DNA from: an uncultured Spartobacteria bacterium
GTDB lineage: Bacteria > Verrucomicrobiota > Verrucomicrobiia > Chthoniobacterales > UBA6821
NCBI GenBank assembly: GCA_903826635.1
Contig: CAIKFI010000030.1
Span: 4,414 to 68,413 of the forward strand
Reading direction: 5' to 3'
DNA length: 64,000 nt
In this document: piece by piece, positions 46,832 to 54,615 of the stretch
Layout: each line of letters opens with the position of its first letter
How positions within the stretch are numbered: position 1 is the first letter of the stretch
Notes under the pieces: generated by a model
The model's database searches: none
The model's input: only the letters and a program-made list of their open reading frames with translations
Told to the model about the DNA's origin: nothing
Program-made: the position numbers and the translations under genes

Positions 46832-47218
46832 ATGGAGATGAACCTCAAATATGATGACCGTGGCCTCATTCCTGCCATCGTGCAGGAGAGTGCTGCCGCG
46901 GGTGGACGCGTGATCATGATGGCCTGGATGAACGAGGACTCTCTGAAGCACTCCGCGGAGACCGGCTACATGCACTACTGGAGCCGCTCCCGCAAAAAGC
47001 TCTGGAAGAAGGGGGAGTCAAGCGGCCACACGCAGAAGATCCTCAGATGGTTTATCGACTGCGACCGTGACACCCTCCTCTTCGAGGTCGAGCAGATCGG
47101 CGGCGCCTGCCACACCGGCTATGCCAGTTGCTTTTACACCGAGCTCGACAAGGCCGGAAACGACCTCCCTCCCCGGGAAGAACCTCTCTTCAATCCCGAC
47201 AGCGTTTATAAGTCCTAA
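46832..47218 (+). CDS. hisI: Phosphoribosyl-AMP cyclohydrolase
   Basis: GLIPAIVQE...MMAWMNEDSL...YWSRSRKKLWKKGESSGH...DCDRDTLLF..GGACHTGY. Monofunctional; no HisE part. Confidence 0.85.
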   Translation: MEMNLKYDDRGLIPAIVQESAAAGGRVIMMAWMNEDSLKHSAETGYMHYWSRSRKKLWKKGESSGHTQKILRWFIDCDRDTLLFEVEQIGGACHTGYASCFYTELDKAGNDLPPREEPLFNPDSVYKS

Positions 47219-47304
47219 GGTCTTTTATCGGATGTCTCTCATCATCAGCCGCACAAACTCTCCGGTCCTCCTTCTGATTTCCTAATTCCTCCTTTCGCTC
47301 CCCG

Positions 47305-48099
47305 ATGACCCCCTACCTGCGACTCCTACGACTTGTTCTCAATCACGGATCGCGGAAGGAAGACCGCACCGGCACCGGGACCCTATCGGTCTTCGGGGCG
47401 CAGGAGCGCTTTGATCTCACACAAAGCTTCCCCCTTCTCACCACCAAAAAGCTTCACCTCCGCTCCATCATTCACGAACTGCTCTGGTTTCTCAAAGGGG
47501 ATACCAACATCAACTACCTCAAGGAAAATGGCGTCACCATCTGGGACGAGTGGGCGGATGCCAATGGTGATCTCGGTCCCGTCTATGGCGCCCAGTGGCG
47601 CCGCTGGCGCACTCCCGAGGGAGGGACCGTCGATCAGATCGCCCGCCTCGTTGAGGATCTCAAAAAGAATCCTGACAGCCGTCGCCACATCATCAGTGCA
47701 TGGAATCCGGGTGAGATCGACAAGATGGCCCTGGCTCCCTGCCACGCCCTTGTCCAATTCTACGTGGCCAATGGCGAACTCAGCTGTCAGCTCTACCAGC
47801 GCAGTGCCGACCTTTTCCTCGGCGTTCCCTTCAACATCGCTTCCTACGCCCTGCTCACGATGATGGTCGCGCAGGTCTGCGGACTCAAACCGAAGGAGTT
47901 TATCCATACCTTTGGCGATCTCCATCTCTACGTGAACCATCTGGATCAGGCCCGCGAACAGCTCTCCCGCGAACCCCGCACGCTCCCACGGATGCTGCTC
48001 AATCCTGCAGTGAAAACCTTGGAAGATTTCCGCTACGACGACTTTACGCTCGAAGGCTACGACCCTCATCCCGCGATAAAGGCCCCCATCGCTGTGTAG
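47305..48099 (+). CDS. thyA: Thymidylate synthase (ThyA type)
   Basis: 264 aa. [25 protein letters not shown], the active site [13 protein letters not shown], and [16 protein letters not shown]. Confidence 0.95.
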   Translation: MTPYLRLLRLVLNHGSRKEDRTGTGTLSVFGAQERFDLTQSFPLLTTKKLHLRSIIHELLWFLKGDTNINYLKENGVTIWDEWADANGDLGPVYGAQWRRWRTPEGGTVDQIARLVEDLKKNPDSRRHIISAWNPGEIDKMALAPCHALVQFYVANGELSCQLYQRSADLFLGVPFNIASYALLTMMVAQVCGLKPKEFIHTFGDLHLYVNHLDQAREQLSREPRTLPRMLLNPAVKTLEDFRYDDFTLEGYDPHPAIKAPIAV

Positions 48100-48261
48100 A
48101 CAGAAGGGAATGAATCAGGAAATCAGGAAACAAGCCGATGGGAATCGGCGCGTAAGACTACGACGGTGTCGTAGCCCTAAGGGCGGCACCGCTTTGCGGG
48201 AGCAAAGTGCCGTCAACTCAGGCCCGCCGGCGCAGGCATTTTGGCCAAAAGTACAAGCCAG

Positions 48262-48723
48262 ATGATTAAGGCGATTGTGGCTATGGCCGAGAACCGAGTC
48301 ATCGGGAATGCGGGCGCAATCCCATGGCATCTCCCCTACGATTTCAAATTCTTCAAGGCGACCACCATGGGTCATGCGATCCTCATGGGTCGGAAGACCT
48401 ACGAGTCGATCGGCAAGCCGCTTCCGGGCAGGGAAAATATCGTCCTCTCCCGCACGATGCCCGATAGGCCGGGAGTGACCGTCCTCCGCTCCCTCGACGA
48501 ACTCAAAGAACCAACTGATGGACGTGATCTCTTCGTGATCGGCGGCGAAGAAATCTACCGACTCCTCCTCCCAAGAGTGCAGGAACTCTACGTCACCAAA
48601 GTCCCCCAAACCATCGAAGGCGACACCCGCTTTCCCGAGTTCGAAACACGCTTCGATACAGGAACTAAAGTGCTAGAAACGAACGACTTCTCTGTGTTTA
48701 GGTATAATAGGATGGCCTCGTAA
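48262..48723 (+). CDS. folA: Dihydrofolate reductase
   Basis: IVAMAENRVIGNAGAIPWHLPYDFKFFK...GRKTYESIGKPLPGR. ATG 48262 is preferred over the TTG at 48241. Confidence 0.9.
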   Translation: MIKAIVAMAENRVIGNAGAIPWHLPYDFKFFKATTMGHAILMGRKTYESIGKPLPGRENIVLSRTMPDRPGVTVLRSLDELKEPTDGRDLFVIGGEEIYRLLLPRVQELYVTKVPQTIEGDTRFPEFETRFDTGTKVLETNDFSVFRYNRMAS

Positions 48724-48815
48724 TCAGCCCTTTTCGTAATTTCTACGGATTCTCTCACACCTCGCCCTTGTTAAGTGAACGCCTTTACGACTAATTCTTG
48801 TTAGACACAAGCCTT

Positions 48816-49073
48816 ATGAAATTCAGAATGCCCCCGAAATATAATGTTTTAATAGGCGTTATATTTTTCGTCCTGGCAGGAATGTCGTTTTTTGGAAATC
48901 CTGGGCCAAATCTTGCACTTCCGGGCGGAACTATAGGCCCCGTACCAAGCCATATCGAATCAGTTATTGGAGGAATAGTTCTATTCATCATGGGAATAGC
49001 TTGCCTGCTTCCTTCAAAAATTAAGCGGGAGACTGATGAAAAAGTAGCAGACACAAGCACAGCCGAATCATGA
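48816..49073 (+). CDS. Small hypothetical membrane protein in an AT-rich islet
   Basis: About 85 aa with two hydrophobic helices (VLIGVIFFVLAGMSFF, VIGGIVLFIMGIACLL). Local GC is far below the surroundings. An overlapping minus-strand ORF (48791-49060) also exists, so the coding status is uncertain. Confidence 0.3.
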   Translation: MKFRMPPKYNVLIGVIFFVLAGMSFFGNPGPNLALPGGTIGPVPSHIESVIGGIVLFIMGIACLLPSKIKRETDEKVADTSTAES

Positions 49074-49280
49074 GGATGGAAATTTTGCTACCACCCACTA
49101 GTCAATCGTCTAAACAATCATTGGAGTAAACATTATTATGTTGGCCGGTTTGCATGGGTATGCCGTGCATGGTGTCGCTCAGTTCTAGTAGTTAGACGGT
49201 TTCTTTACCAAGGCGCAGGGATTTTAGATGCGCGGCTAGGCGCGTGAGCAGCAACAACGCGCGGGGCAAAAATCCCGAGC

Positions 49281-49967
49281 CTAATTCTTTTGCTGGCGAG
49301 GGAGGATACGCAAGGTCTGCGGCTCCATCTTAGCGATGGAATTGGAGGCTAGTACCCCCCTCCATGAAGTCCCCGGATAAATAATCGTATCGCGGCCAAT
49401 AATCGACCCGGGACTCAGCACCGAATTACAGCCGATCTCGGCACGATCGCCGATGATGGCTCCGAATTTTTTCAGCCCGGTGTTGATCACTGCCTCGGCT
49501 GCGGCCACGGAGATTGGGGCATGGTCGAGTCGGACGTTGGAAAGAATGGCTCCGGCTCCTAAGTGGGCCTTGTGACCGAGGATAGAGTCACCGACATAAT
49601 TGAAGTGCGGGATCTGAGCCTCATCGAAGATAAGACAGTTCTTGAACTCGCAGGCGTTCCCCAAGACGACGCCATTACCAACCACGACATTCTCGCGGAT
49701 GTAGGCGCCGTTACGGATCTCGCACCCTTCGCCGATCCAAGCAGGTCCCTTGATCATGGCGCCGTGCTCGATGATCGTGCCTGCTCCGATATAAACGGCG
49801 CCGCTGATGAAGGGCTTGCCGATCAGTTTGCCATGGATACCGGGCTTGAGCCGGAACTGGAGGTAGGTCGAGATCTTCGCCAAGGCCTCCCAGGCATGGG
49901 TGACATTCTCAAAAATGACACTGTGCTCGGTGCGGTCGAGGTCGAAGAGAGAGTCAGGGGAGAACAT
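49281..49967 (-). CDS. Left-handed beta-helix (hexapeptide-repeat) acyl/acetyltransferase, GlmU C-terminal-domain-like
   Basis: 228 aa. Repeated [LIV]G-x4 hexapeptides (IGAGTIIEHGAMIKGPAWIGEGCEIRNGAYIRENVVVGNGVVLGN..). No nucleotidyltransferase domain. Confidence 0.7.
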   Translation of the reverse strand: MFSPDSLFDLDRTEHSVIFENVTHAWEALAKISTYLQFRLKPGIHGKLIGKPFISGAVYIGAGTIIEHGAMIKGPAWIGEGCEIRNGAYIRENVVVGNGVVLGNACEFKNCLIFDEAQIPHFNYVGDSILGHKAHLGAGAILSNVRLDHAPISVAAAEAVINTGLKKFGAIIGDRAEIGCNSVLSPGSIIGRDTIIYPGTSWRGVLASNSIAKMEPQTLRILPRQQKN

Positions 49968-50099
49968 GGGAGAAAGGATGATTTATGAAGGGTGATTTAT
50001 GAAGGGATTTCGGCGAACGTCCGCCTGATGAAGTCCTCTTCCGATTTTTACTGCTGCTTTTTCATCCTTCATACTTCTTTCCTCATACATTCCAAAACA

Positions 50100-51503
50100 T
50101 CAGCCTTTTGTAATCTTCTGCCCATCTTTTGTGTCTTTGACCAGCCATCCTAACGCCTCAATCTGATCACGGATCTCGTCGCTCTTCTTCCACTCCTTGG
50201 CGGTGCGGGCTGCGGCACGTGCGGTCACTAGCTCTTCCACTTCGTATGGGATTGTGGTGATCGCATCAGGTTCCAAGGCTAGGACTCCATCCACACGGAC
50301 GAGCCAGTTCAACATCCCTCGGGCATGTGCGGGCGTCCATGCACCCTCGTCCATCCGTCGATTGGTCTCACGCAAGGTCTCGAAGAGAACGGCCAGGGCG
50401 CTGGAGATATTCAGATCATCATCAAGCGCGGCGAAGAATCCTTCGGTGGCGGGAGCGGGTGTTTCAGAGGTTGTTTCTGATCCTGCGGTCTCTACAAGCC
50501 GTTCCCTCCAGGCATCAAGACGCCCGAGTGCGGTGCGGGCTGCTGCGAGGCCATCCAGAGTGAAATTCAGCGCTCCTCGGTAGTGGACCGAGATCAGCGC
50601 ATAACGGACTTCACGCCCGGTCCACCCCTGGGTCAAAAGATCACGGAGGGTGAAGAAATTTCCCGCTGACTTTGCCATCTTCGAGCCCTCCACCATCAGG
50701 TGAGCGCAGTGCATCCAATAACGGACAAACGGTTTTGCTCCCACGCACTCGCACTGGGCGATCTCGGCTTCGTGGTGGGGGAAGATATTGTCGACGCCTC
50801 CGCAGTGGATATCGATGGTCTCGCCGAGGAGACCTGTTGCCATGGCGCTGCACTCGATGTGCCATCCGGGACGACCTCTGCCCCAAGGGCTCTCCCAGCC
50901 AACGGCTCCATCCTCGGGCACCCAGGCTTTCCAAAGGGCAAAGTCGGCTACCGCCTCCTTATCGTATTCATCGCTCGCCACGCGCTGACCACTCCTCTGG
51001 TTCTCCAGATCGACCCGGGCCAGCTTCCCGTATCCCGGGAAGGAGGCGATGCGAAAGTATACCGAACCATCCTCGGCCTGGTAGGCGTGGCCCTTCTCCA
51101 TCAACGTCCCAATCATTGCGATCATCCGAGTGATCTGCTTTGGGTCGGTCGCCTCGGGATAGGCCTCGGCGGGCAAAAGGCGAAGTGTCTTCGCATCCTC
51201 AAAGAAGGCCTCCTTGAAGGGACGTGTGAACTCGGCAAGAGCGATCCCGGCAGCATGGGCACCTCGGATCGTCTTGTCATCGACGTCGGTAAGGTTCATC
51301 ACGCGGCGGACCATGAAGCCTCGTTCCTGAAGATGGCGCTGGAGTAAATCCTCGAACACGTAGGCCCGGAAGTTTCCGATATGCGCGTGGGCATAGACCG
51401 TCGGCCCACAGGTGTAGAGGGAGAGCGTTTTCCCTTCTCCGTGCTTGGGCTCAATGGGCTCAAGCTCCTTGGTGAGCGTATTGTGGATCTGAACGGTCGC
51501 CAT
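50100..51503 (-). CDS. cysS: Cysteinyl-tRNA synthetase
   Basis: Start is trimmed to MATVQIHNTL. HIGN (HIGH) and KMAKS (KMSKS) class-I motifs, and zinc ligands (CGPT.., HIEC). Confidence 0.9.
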   Translation of the reverse strand: MATVQIHNTLTKELEPIEPKHGEGKTLSLYTCGPTVYAHAHIGNFRAYVFEDLLQRHLQERGFMVRRVMNLTDVDDKTIRGAHAAGIALAEFTRPFKEAFFEDAKTLRLLPAEAYPEATDPKQITRMIAMIGTLMEKGHAYQAEDGSVYFRIASFPGYGKLARVDLENQRSGQRVASDEYDKEAVADFALWKAWVPEDGAVGWESPWGRGRPGWHIECSAMATGLLGETIDIHCGGVDNIFPHHEAEIAQCECVGAKPFVRYWMHCAHLMVEGSKMAKSAGNFFTLRDLLTQGWTGREVRYALISVHYRGALNFTLDGLAAARTALGRLDAWRERLVETAGSETTSETPAPATEGFFAALDDDLNISSALAVLFETLRETNRRMDEGAWTPAHARGMLNWLVRVDGVLALEPDAITTIPYEVEELVTARAAARTAKEWKKSDEIRDQIEALGWLVKDTKDGQKITKG

Positions 51504-51523
51504 CGGCTCGATTAGAATACGGA

Positions 51524-52036
51524 TTAGACTGCGGCCGTCTCCACGGAGGCCGTGGCCAGCGCCGCTATCCCTTCGCCGCGCCCGAGGAATCCGAGGCATT
51601 CGTTGGTTGTTGCCTTGACGCCAACTCGGGAGTCATCGAGTCCGATTGATCCCGCGATCTTCCCCCTCATCTCGAGAACATAAAGCCCGATCCTCGGCTC
51701 CTCGGCCACCAGCGTGGAATCGACGTTGATGATTCGTGCGCCTGATTCGGAAAGGATGCCTGCCACGCGCCGCAGGATCTCGAGGCTCGAGATATCTTTG
51801 ATGGAAGGGTCTGTATTCGGAAAGTAGTGCCCGATATCCTGCAGGCCGGCTGCACCGAGCAGAGCATCAGCGATCGCATGGCAGAGAACATCGGCATCTG
51901 AGTGACCCGAGAGTGTCAGGCCCTGAGGATGCTGGAAGGTCACCCCCCCAAGTATTAGCTGGCGGCCCGGCTCCCCCTGCTCCAGACGGTGGACGTCATA
52001 GCCAATGCCGCTGCGGGTATTCCTTAATTCGGTCAT
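51524..52036 (-). CDS. ispF: 2-C-methyl-D-erythritol 2,4-cyclodiphosphate synthase
   Basis: Start is trimmed to MTELRNTRSGIGYDVHRL. GHSDADVLCHAI motif. Confidence 0.9.
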   Translation of the reverse strand: MTELRNTRSGIGYDVHRLEQGEPGRQLILGGVTFQHPQGLTLSGHSDADVLCHAIADALLGAAGLQDIGHYFPNTDPSIKDISSLEILRRVAGILSESGARIINVDSTLVAEEPRIGLYVLEMRGKIAGSIGLDDSRVGVKATTNECLGFLGRGEGIAALATASVETAAV

Positions 52037-52125
52037 GGGTTGATGGATTCTTGATGCTGGGGTTCTCTGCTGATACCTGACGTCGTATTTCTTTTCCTCT
52101 GCGTCTCTGCGTCTCTGCGCAAGAT

Positions 52126-52881
52126 TTAAAGATGGTCGAACGCGATGGCCCCACCACATGCAACAACGGAGAATTTATCGGGCACGGTGTCGTGCGGCCT
52201 GAGGTCCAGCCGCCCGCCCGCAAGCTCGACCATGAGCATTCCTGCCGCGATGTCCCAAAGACTGATCTGGCTCTCGATGTAGGCGTCTAGGCGTCCGCAG
52301 GCAACGAAAGCTATGTCGAGGGCCGCACTCCCCATCATTCGGGTCTTGCGTGCCGAGCGCATCATCTGACCCAGAACCGGCAGGCCCTTGTCGATGGCAG
52401 CTTCGGTTTTGGACACACCGACGGCGACAATCGCATCGGAGAGCTTGTCGCGCTTACTGACCCGGATCGTCCGGTCGTTCAGTGTGACGATACCTGTCGC
52501 ACGTGAGGCGATCCAGAGCTCCTTGGTCATCGGCTGGTAGATCACACCCGTGGTGATCTCTCCGTTGAGGCGGTGGGCTATGGAGACCGCAAAGTGCGGG
52601 ATGCCATAAAAGAAATTCACCGTGCCGTCGATCGGGTCGATGATCCATTGATTGGAAGCCGTCTGATCTCCCCGGATTCCTTCCTCTCCGTAGATGGCAT
52701 GGTCGGGGAAAGCCGCAAGGATGATGGATTCGATCAAGACCTGCGATCGGCGATCGAGCTCCAGTTTGATGTCGTGTGCCTCTGCGGCGTCGACCATCAG
52801 TTCGCTCTCAAAGTTTTCACGAATCATGGCGCCCGCTGCGAGGGCGGCTTCACGTGCGGTGGAAAGGATCAGTTCGTCCAT
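52126..52881 (-). CDS. Inositol monophosphatase family protein (SuhB-like)
   Basis: WIIDPIDGTVNF and ..GSAALDIAFVACGRLDAY.. motifs. Confidence 0.85.
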   Translation of the reverse strand: MDELILSTAREAALAAGAMIRENFESELMVDAAEAHDIKLELDRRSQVLIESIILAAFPDHAIYGEEGIRGDQTASNQWIIDPIDGTVNFFYGIPHFAVSIAHRLNGEITTGVIYQPMTKELWIASRATGIVTLNDRTIRVSKRDKLSDAIVAVGVSKTEAAIDKGLPVLGQMMRSARKTRMMGSAALDIAFVACGRLDAYIESQISLWDIAAGMLMVELAGGRLDLRPHDTVPDKFSVVACGGAIAFDHL

Positions 52882-52961
52882 ACAACGTATTTACCCGAGG
52901 GTGTCATCGTGGTCGAGTAAGGAGCGACTCTAAATCTGAAATGCAGGTGTGCAAATTATTG

Positions 52962-52997
52962 CAAAAAATTGGGGGAAGCGTTTTTGGCGCTTCCCCC
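52962..52997 (-). terminator. Rho-independent terminator of the histone-like gene (bidirectional hairpin)
   Basis: GGGGGAAGCG-tttttgg-CGCTTCCCCC, a perfect 10-bp stem. On the minus strand it is followed by AATTTTTTG. Confidence 0.8.
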
Positions 52998-53043
52998 AAG
53001 ATTTTAGCTCGTCGCCGAAATGATGTTCCGGCGGGAGAGTACT

Positions 53044-53244
53044 TTATTTCTTTTTAGCGACGGCCTTCTTTGCAGGAGCCTTCTTGGCTACGGCTTTCTT
53101 AGCTGGGGCCTTTTTGGCTACAACTTTCTTAGCTGGAGCTTTCTTGGCTACGGCTTTCTTAGCAGGAGCCTTCTTGGCTACGGCTTTCTTAGCAGGAGCC
53201 TTCTTGGCTACGGCTTTCTTAGCAGCGGGTTTCTTTACGGGCAT
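53044..53244 (-). CDS. Histone H1-like Lys/Ala-rich DNA-binding protein
   Basis: 66 aa made almost entirely of ([10 protein letters not shown])n. It has a strong SD (AAGGAGGTG, 7 nt before the ATG) and a strong terminator, so it looks like a real, highly expressed gene. Confidence 0.7.
   Translation of the reverse strand: MPVKKPAAKKAVAKKAPAKKAVAKKAPAKKAVAKKAPAKKVVAKKAPAKKAVAKKAPAKKAVAKKK
53056..53235 (-). repeat. Tandem 30-nt coding repeat (about 6 units) inside the histone-like gene
   Basis: The unit GGCTACGGCTTTCTTAGCAGGAGCCTTCTT repeats with few substitutions. In frame it encodes the decapeptide [10 protein letters not shown]. Confidence 0.85.
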
Positions 53245-53251
53245 TTCAATC

Positions 53252-53260
53252 CACCTCCTT
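53252..53260 (-). promoter_or_regulatory. Shine-Dalgarno sequence of the histone-like gene
   Basis: The minus strand reads AAGGAGGTG 7 nt upstream of the ATG. It is the best SD in the window. Confidence 0.6.
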
Positions 53261-53291
53261 GGTTCCGCATGGGCGGCATGTGTGAAAACAT

Positions 53292-53343
53292 TGTGAATAA
53301 GTCACTGCCAAATGTGAATAAGTTGCTTGGCGCTATGCGTCAA
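53292..53343 (-). promoter_or_regulatory. Putative promoter region with two direct ACTTATTCACA boxes 21 nt apart
   Basis: The minus strand reads TTGACG-N17-TATTCA (the -10-like hexamer lies inside the distal box), followed by a second identical 11-mer one box-spacing downstream. Confidence 0.35.
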
Positions 53344-53399
53344 CGGATTTTCTTCAATTATTTTCGCGTGTGTGGCGGAAATTTTTCCCCACCTACGCT

Positions 53400-53963
53400 C
53401 TACGCGATCATCCGACAGGACTTCTCCACGATGTCTGCGACCTCTGCGAGTCTTCCAGTGCCTTCGTATCCGCAGGCCAACATACCCTCCACGGGTCCGA
53501 TAAACTCATTGCCACGGAGACGAAGTCGTTCGGTGTTTTCAACCGTGGCGGGATGCTTCCACATGTTTCCATTCATCGCGGGCGCAATCAACACGGGCGC
53601 ACGGGTGGCCAGGGCAACGGCTCCGAGTGCATCGTCCGCGAATCCGCACGCAAGCCTTGCCAAACAACTTGCGCTTGCCGGAGCGATCAACAAAAGGTCG
53701 GCGCGGTCCGCCAACTCGATGTGTCCAGGTTTCCATCCACCTTCCTTCTCTTCCGAAAGATCGCACAGCACCGGATTGCGGGTGAGTGTCGCCATCGTGA
53801 GCGGTGTGATAAAATCAACCGCGCGCCGTGTCATGACTGCGTGGACATCGTGCCCGGCTTTTCTCAGTAGGCTCGCGATCTCAGCGGCCTTGTAGGCTGC
53901 AATTGAACCGGAGACTCCGAGCAGGATGGTCTTCGCAGAGGGAATATGCCGAGGTGATGTCAT
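53400..53963 (-). CDS. coaC: Phosphopantothenoylcysteine decarboxylase (stand-alone flavoprotein, CoaC half only)
   Basis: 187 aa with ILLGVSGSIAAYKAAEI...PAMNGNMW, the HFCD flavoprotein pattern. No CoaB (synthetase) domain is fused. Confidence 0.8.
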   Translation of the reverse strand: MTSPRHIPSAKTILLGVSGSIAAYKAAEIASLLRKAGHDVHAVMTRRAVDFITPLTMATLTRNPVLCDLSEEKEGGWKPGHIELADRADLLLIAPASASCLARLACGFADDALGAVALATRAPVLIAPAMNGNMWKHPATVENTERLRLRGNEFIGPVEGMLACGYEGTGRLAEVADIVEKSCRMIA

Positions 53964-53968
53964 GAGGA

Positions 53969-54610
53969 TTATTCAGCGCGCCGTGACAACTCGACGGCTG
54001 TCATGCGACGACTGAGGTAGCGCTCCGCCCGCATGACGGCACGGAACTTCTCGATGTTTTCTTCCATGGATCCACTGATGATGGTGTATCGATAGTCGCG
54101 CCAGCACTCCATCTCTCGCTCGGCGTTGCGGAGCCTCATCTCGACCTGTTCGTTCGATTCTGTTCCCCGGCGGATGAGGCGGCGGCGCAACTCCCCCAAG
54201 TCGGGAAGCACAATGAAGACGTCAGCAAGGGCTTCCATGATAAGGGAGTCGCCGCAGGCACGGATTTTTTCCGCTCCCGCAGTATCGATATCGAGCAGGA
54301 CATCAATCCCGTTACGGAGGTTCTCCAGCACCGAAGCCTTGAGCGTCCCGTAGCGGTTGCCATGCACCTCCGCATGCTCAAGGAATTCCCCGGCATCAAG
54401 CCGCCGTGCGAAATCCTCCTTGGAGAGGAAGTGGTAGTCCTCCCCGTCGATCTCCCCGGAACGTGGGGCCCTTGTGGTGCAGGAGACACTCCAGACGAAA
54501 TCCGGCTTTTGCCGGAGCGCGTTGCAGAGCGTCGTCTTCCCCGCGCCGGAAGGTGCGGATATCACGAACAGGATGCCAGTTCGTCGGAATTGGAGGGAAG
54601 GATTGCTCAC
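53969..54610 (-). CDS. gmk: Guanylate kinase
   Basis: SAPSGAGKTT P-loop, then SVSCTTRAPRSGEIDGEDYHF. Confidence 0.9.
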   Translation of the reverse strand: MSNPSLQFRRTGILFVISAPSGAGKTTLCNALRQKPDFVWSVSCTTRAPRSGEIDGEDYHFLSKEDFARRLDAGEFLEHAEVHGNRYGTLKASVLENLRNGIDVLLDIDTAGAEKIRACGDSLIMEALADVFIVLPDLGELRRRLIRRGTESNEQVEMRLRNAEREMECWRDYRYTIISGSMEENIEKFRAVMRAERYLSRRMTAVELSRRAE

Positions 54611-54615
54611 GCGGA

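Noticed and set aside
53056-53235. Regular 30-nt repeats as a CRISPR array
   Set aside because: The repeats are contiguous with no spacers. They are in frame, encode a Lys/Ala decapeptide, and lie within an ORF that has an SD, a promoter-like element and a terminator. This is a coding tandem repeat.
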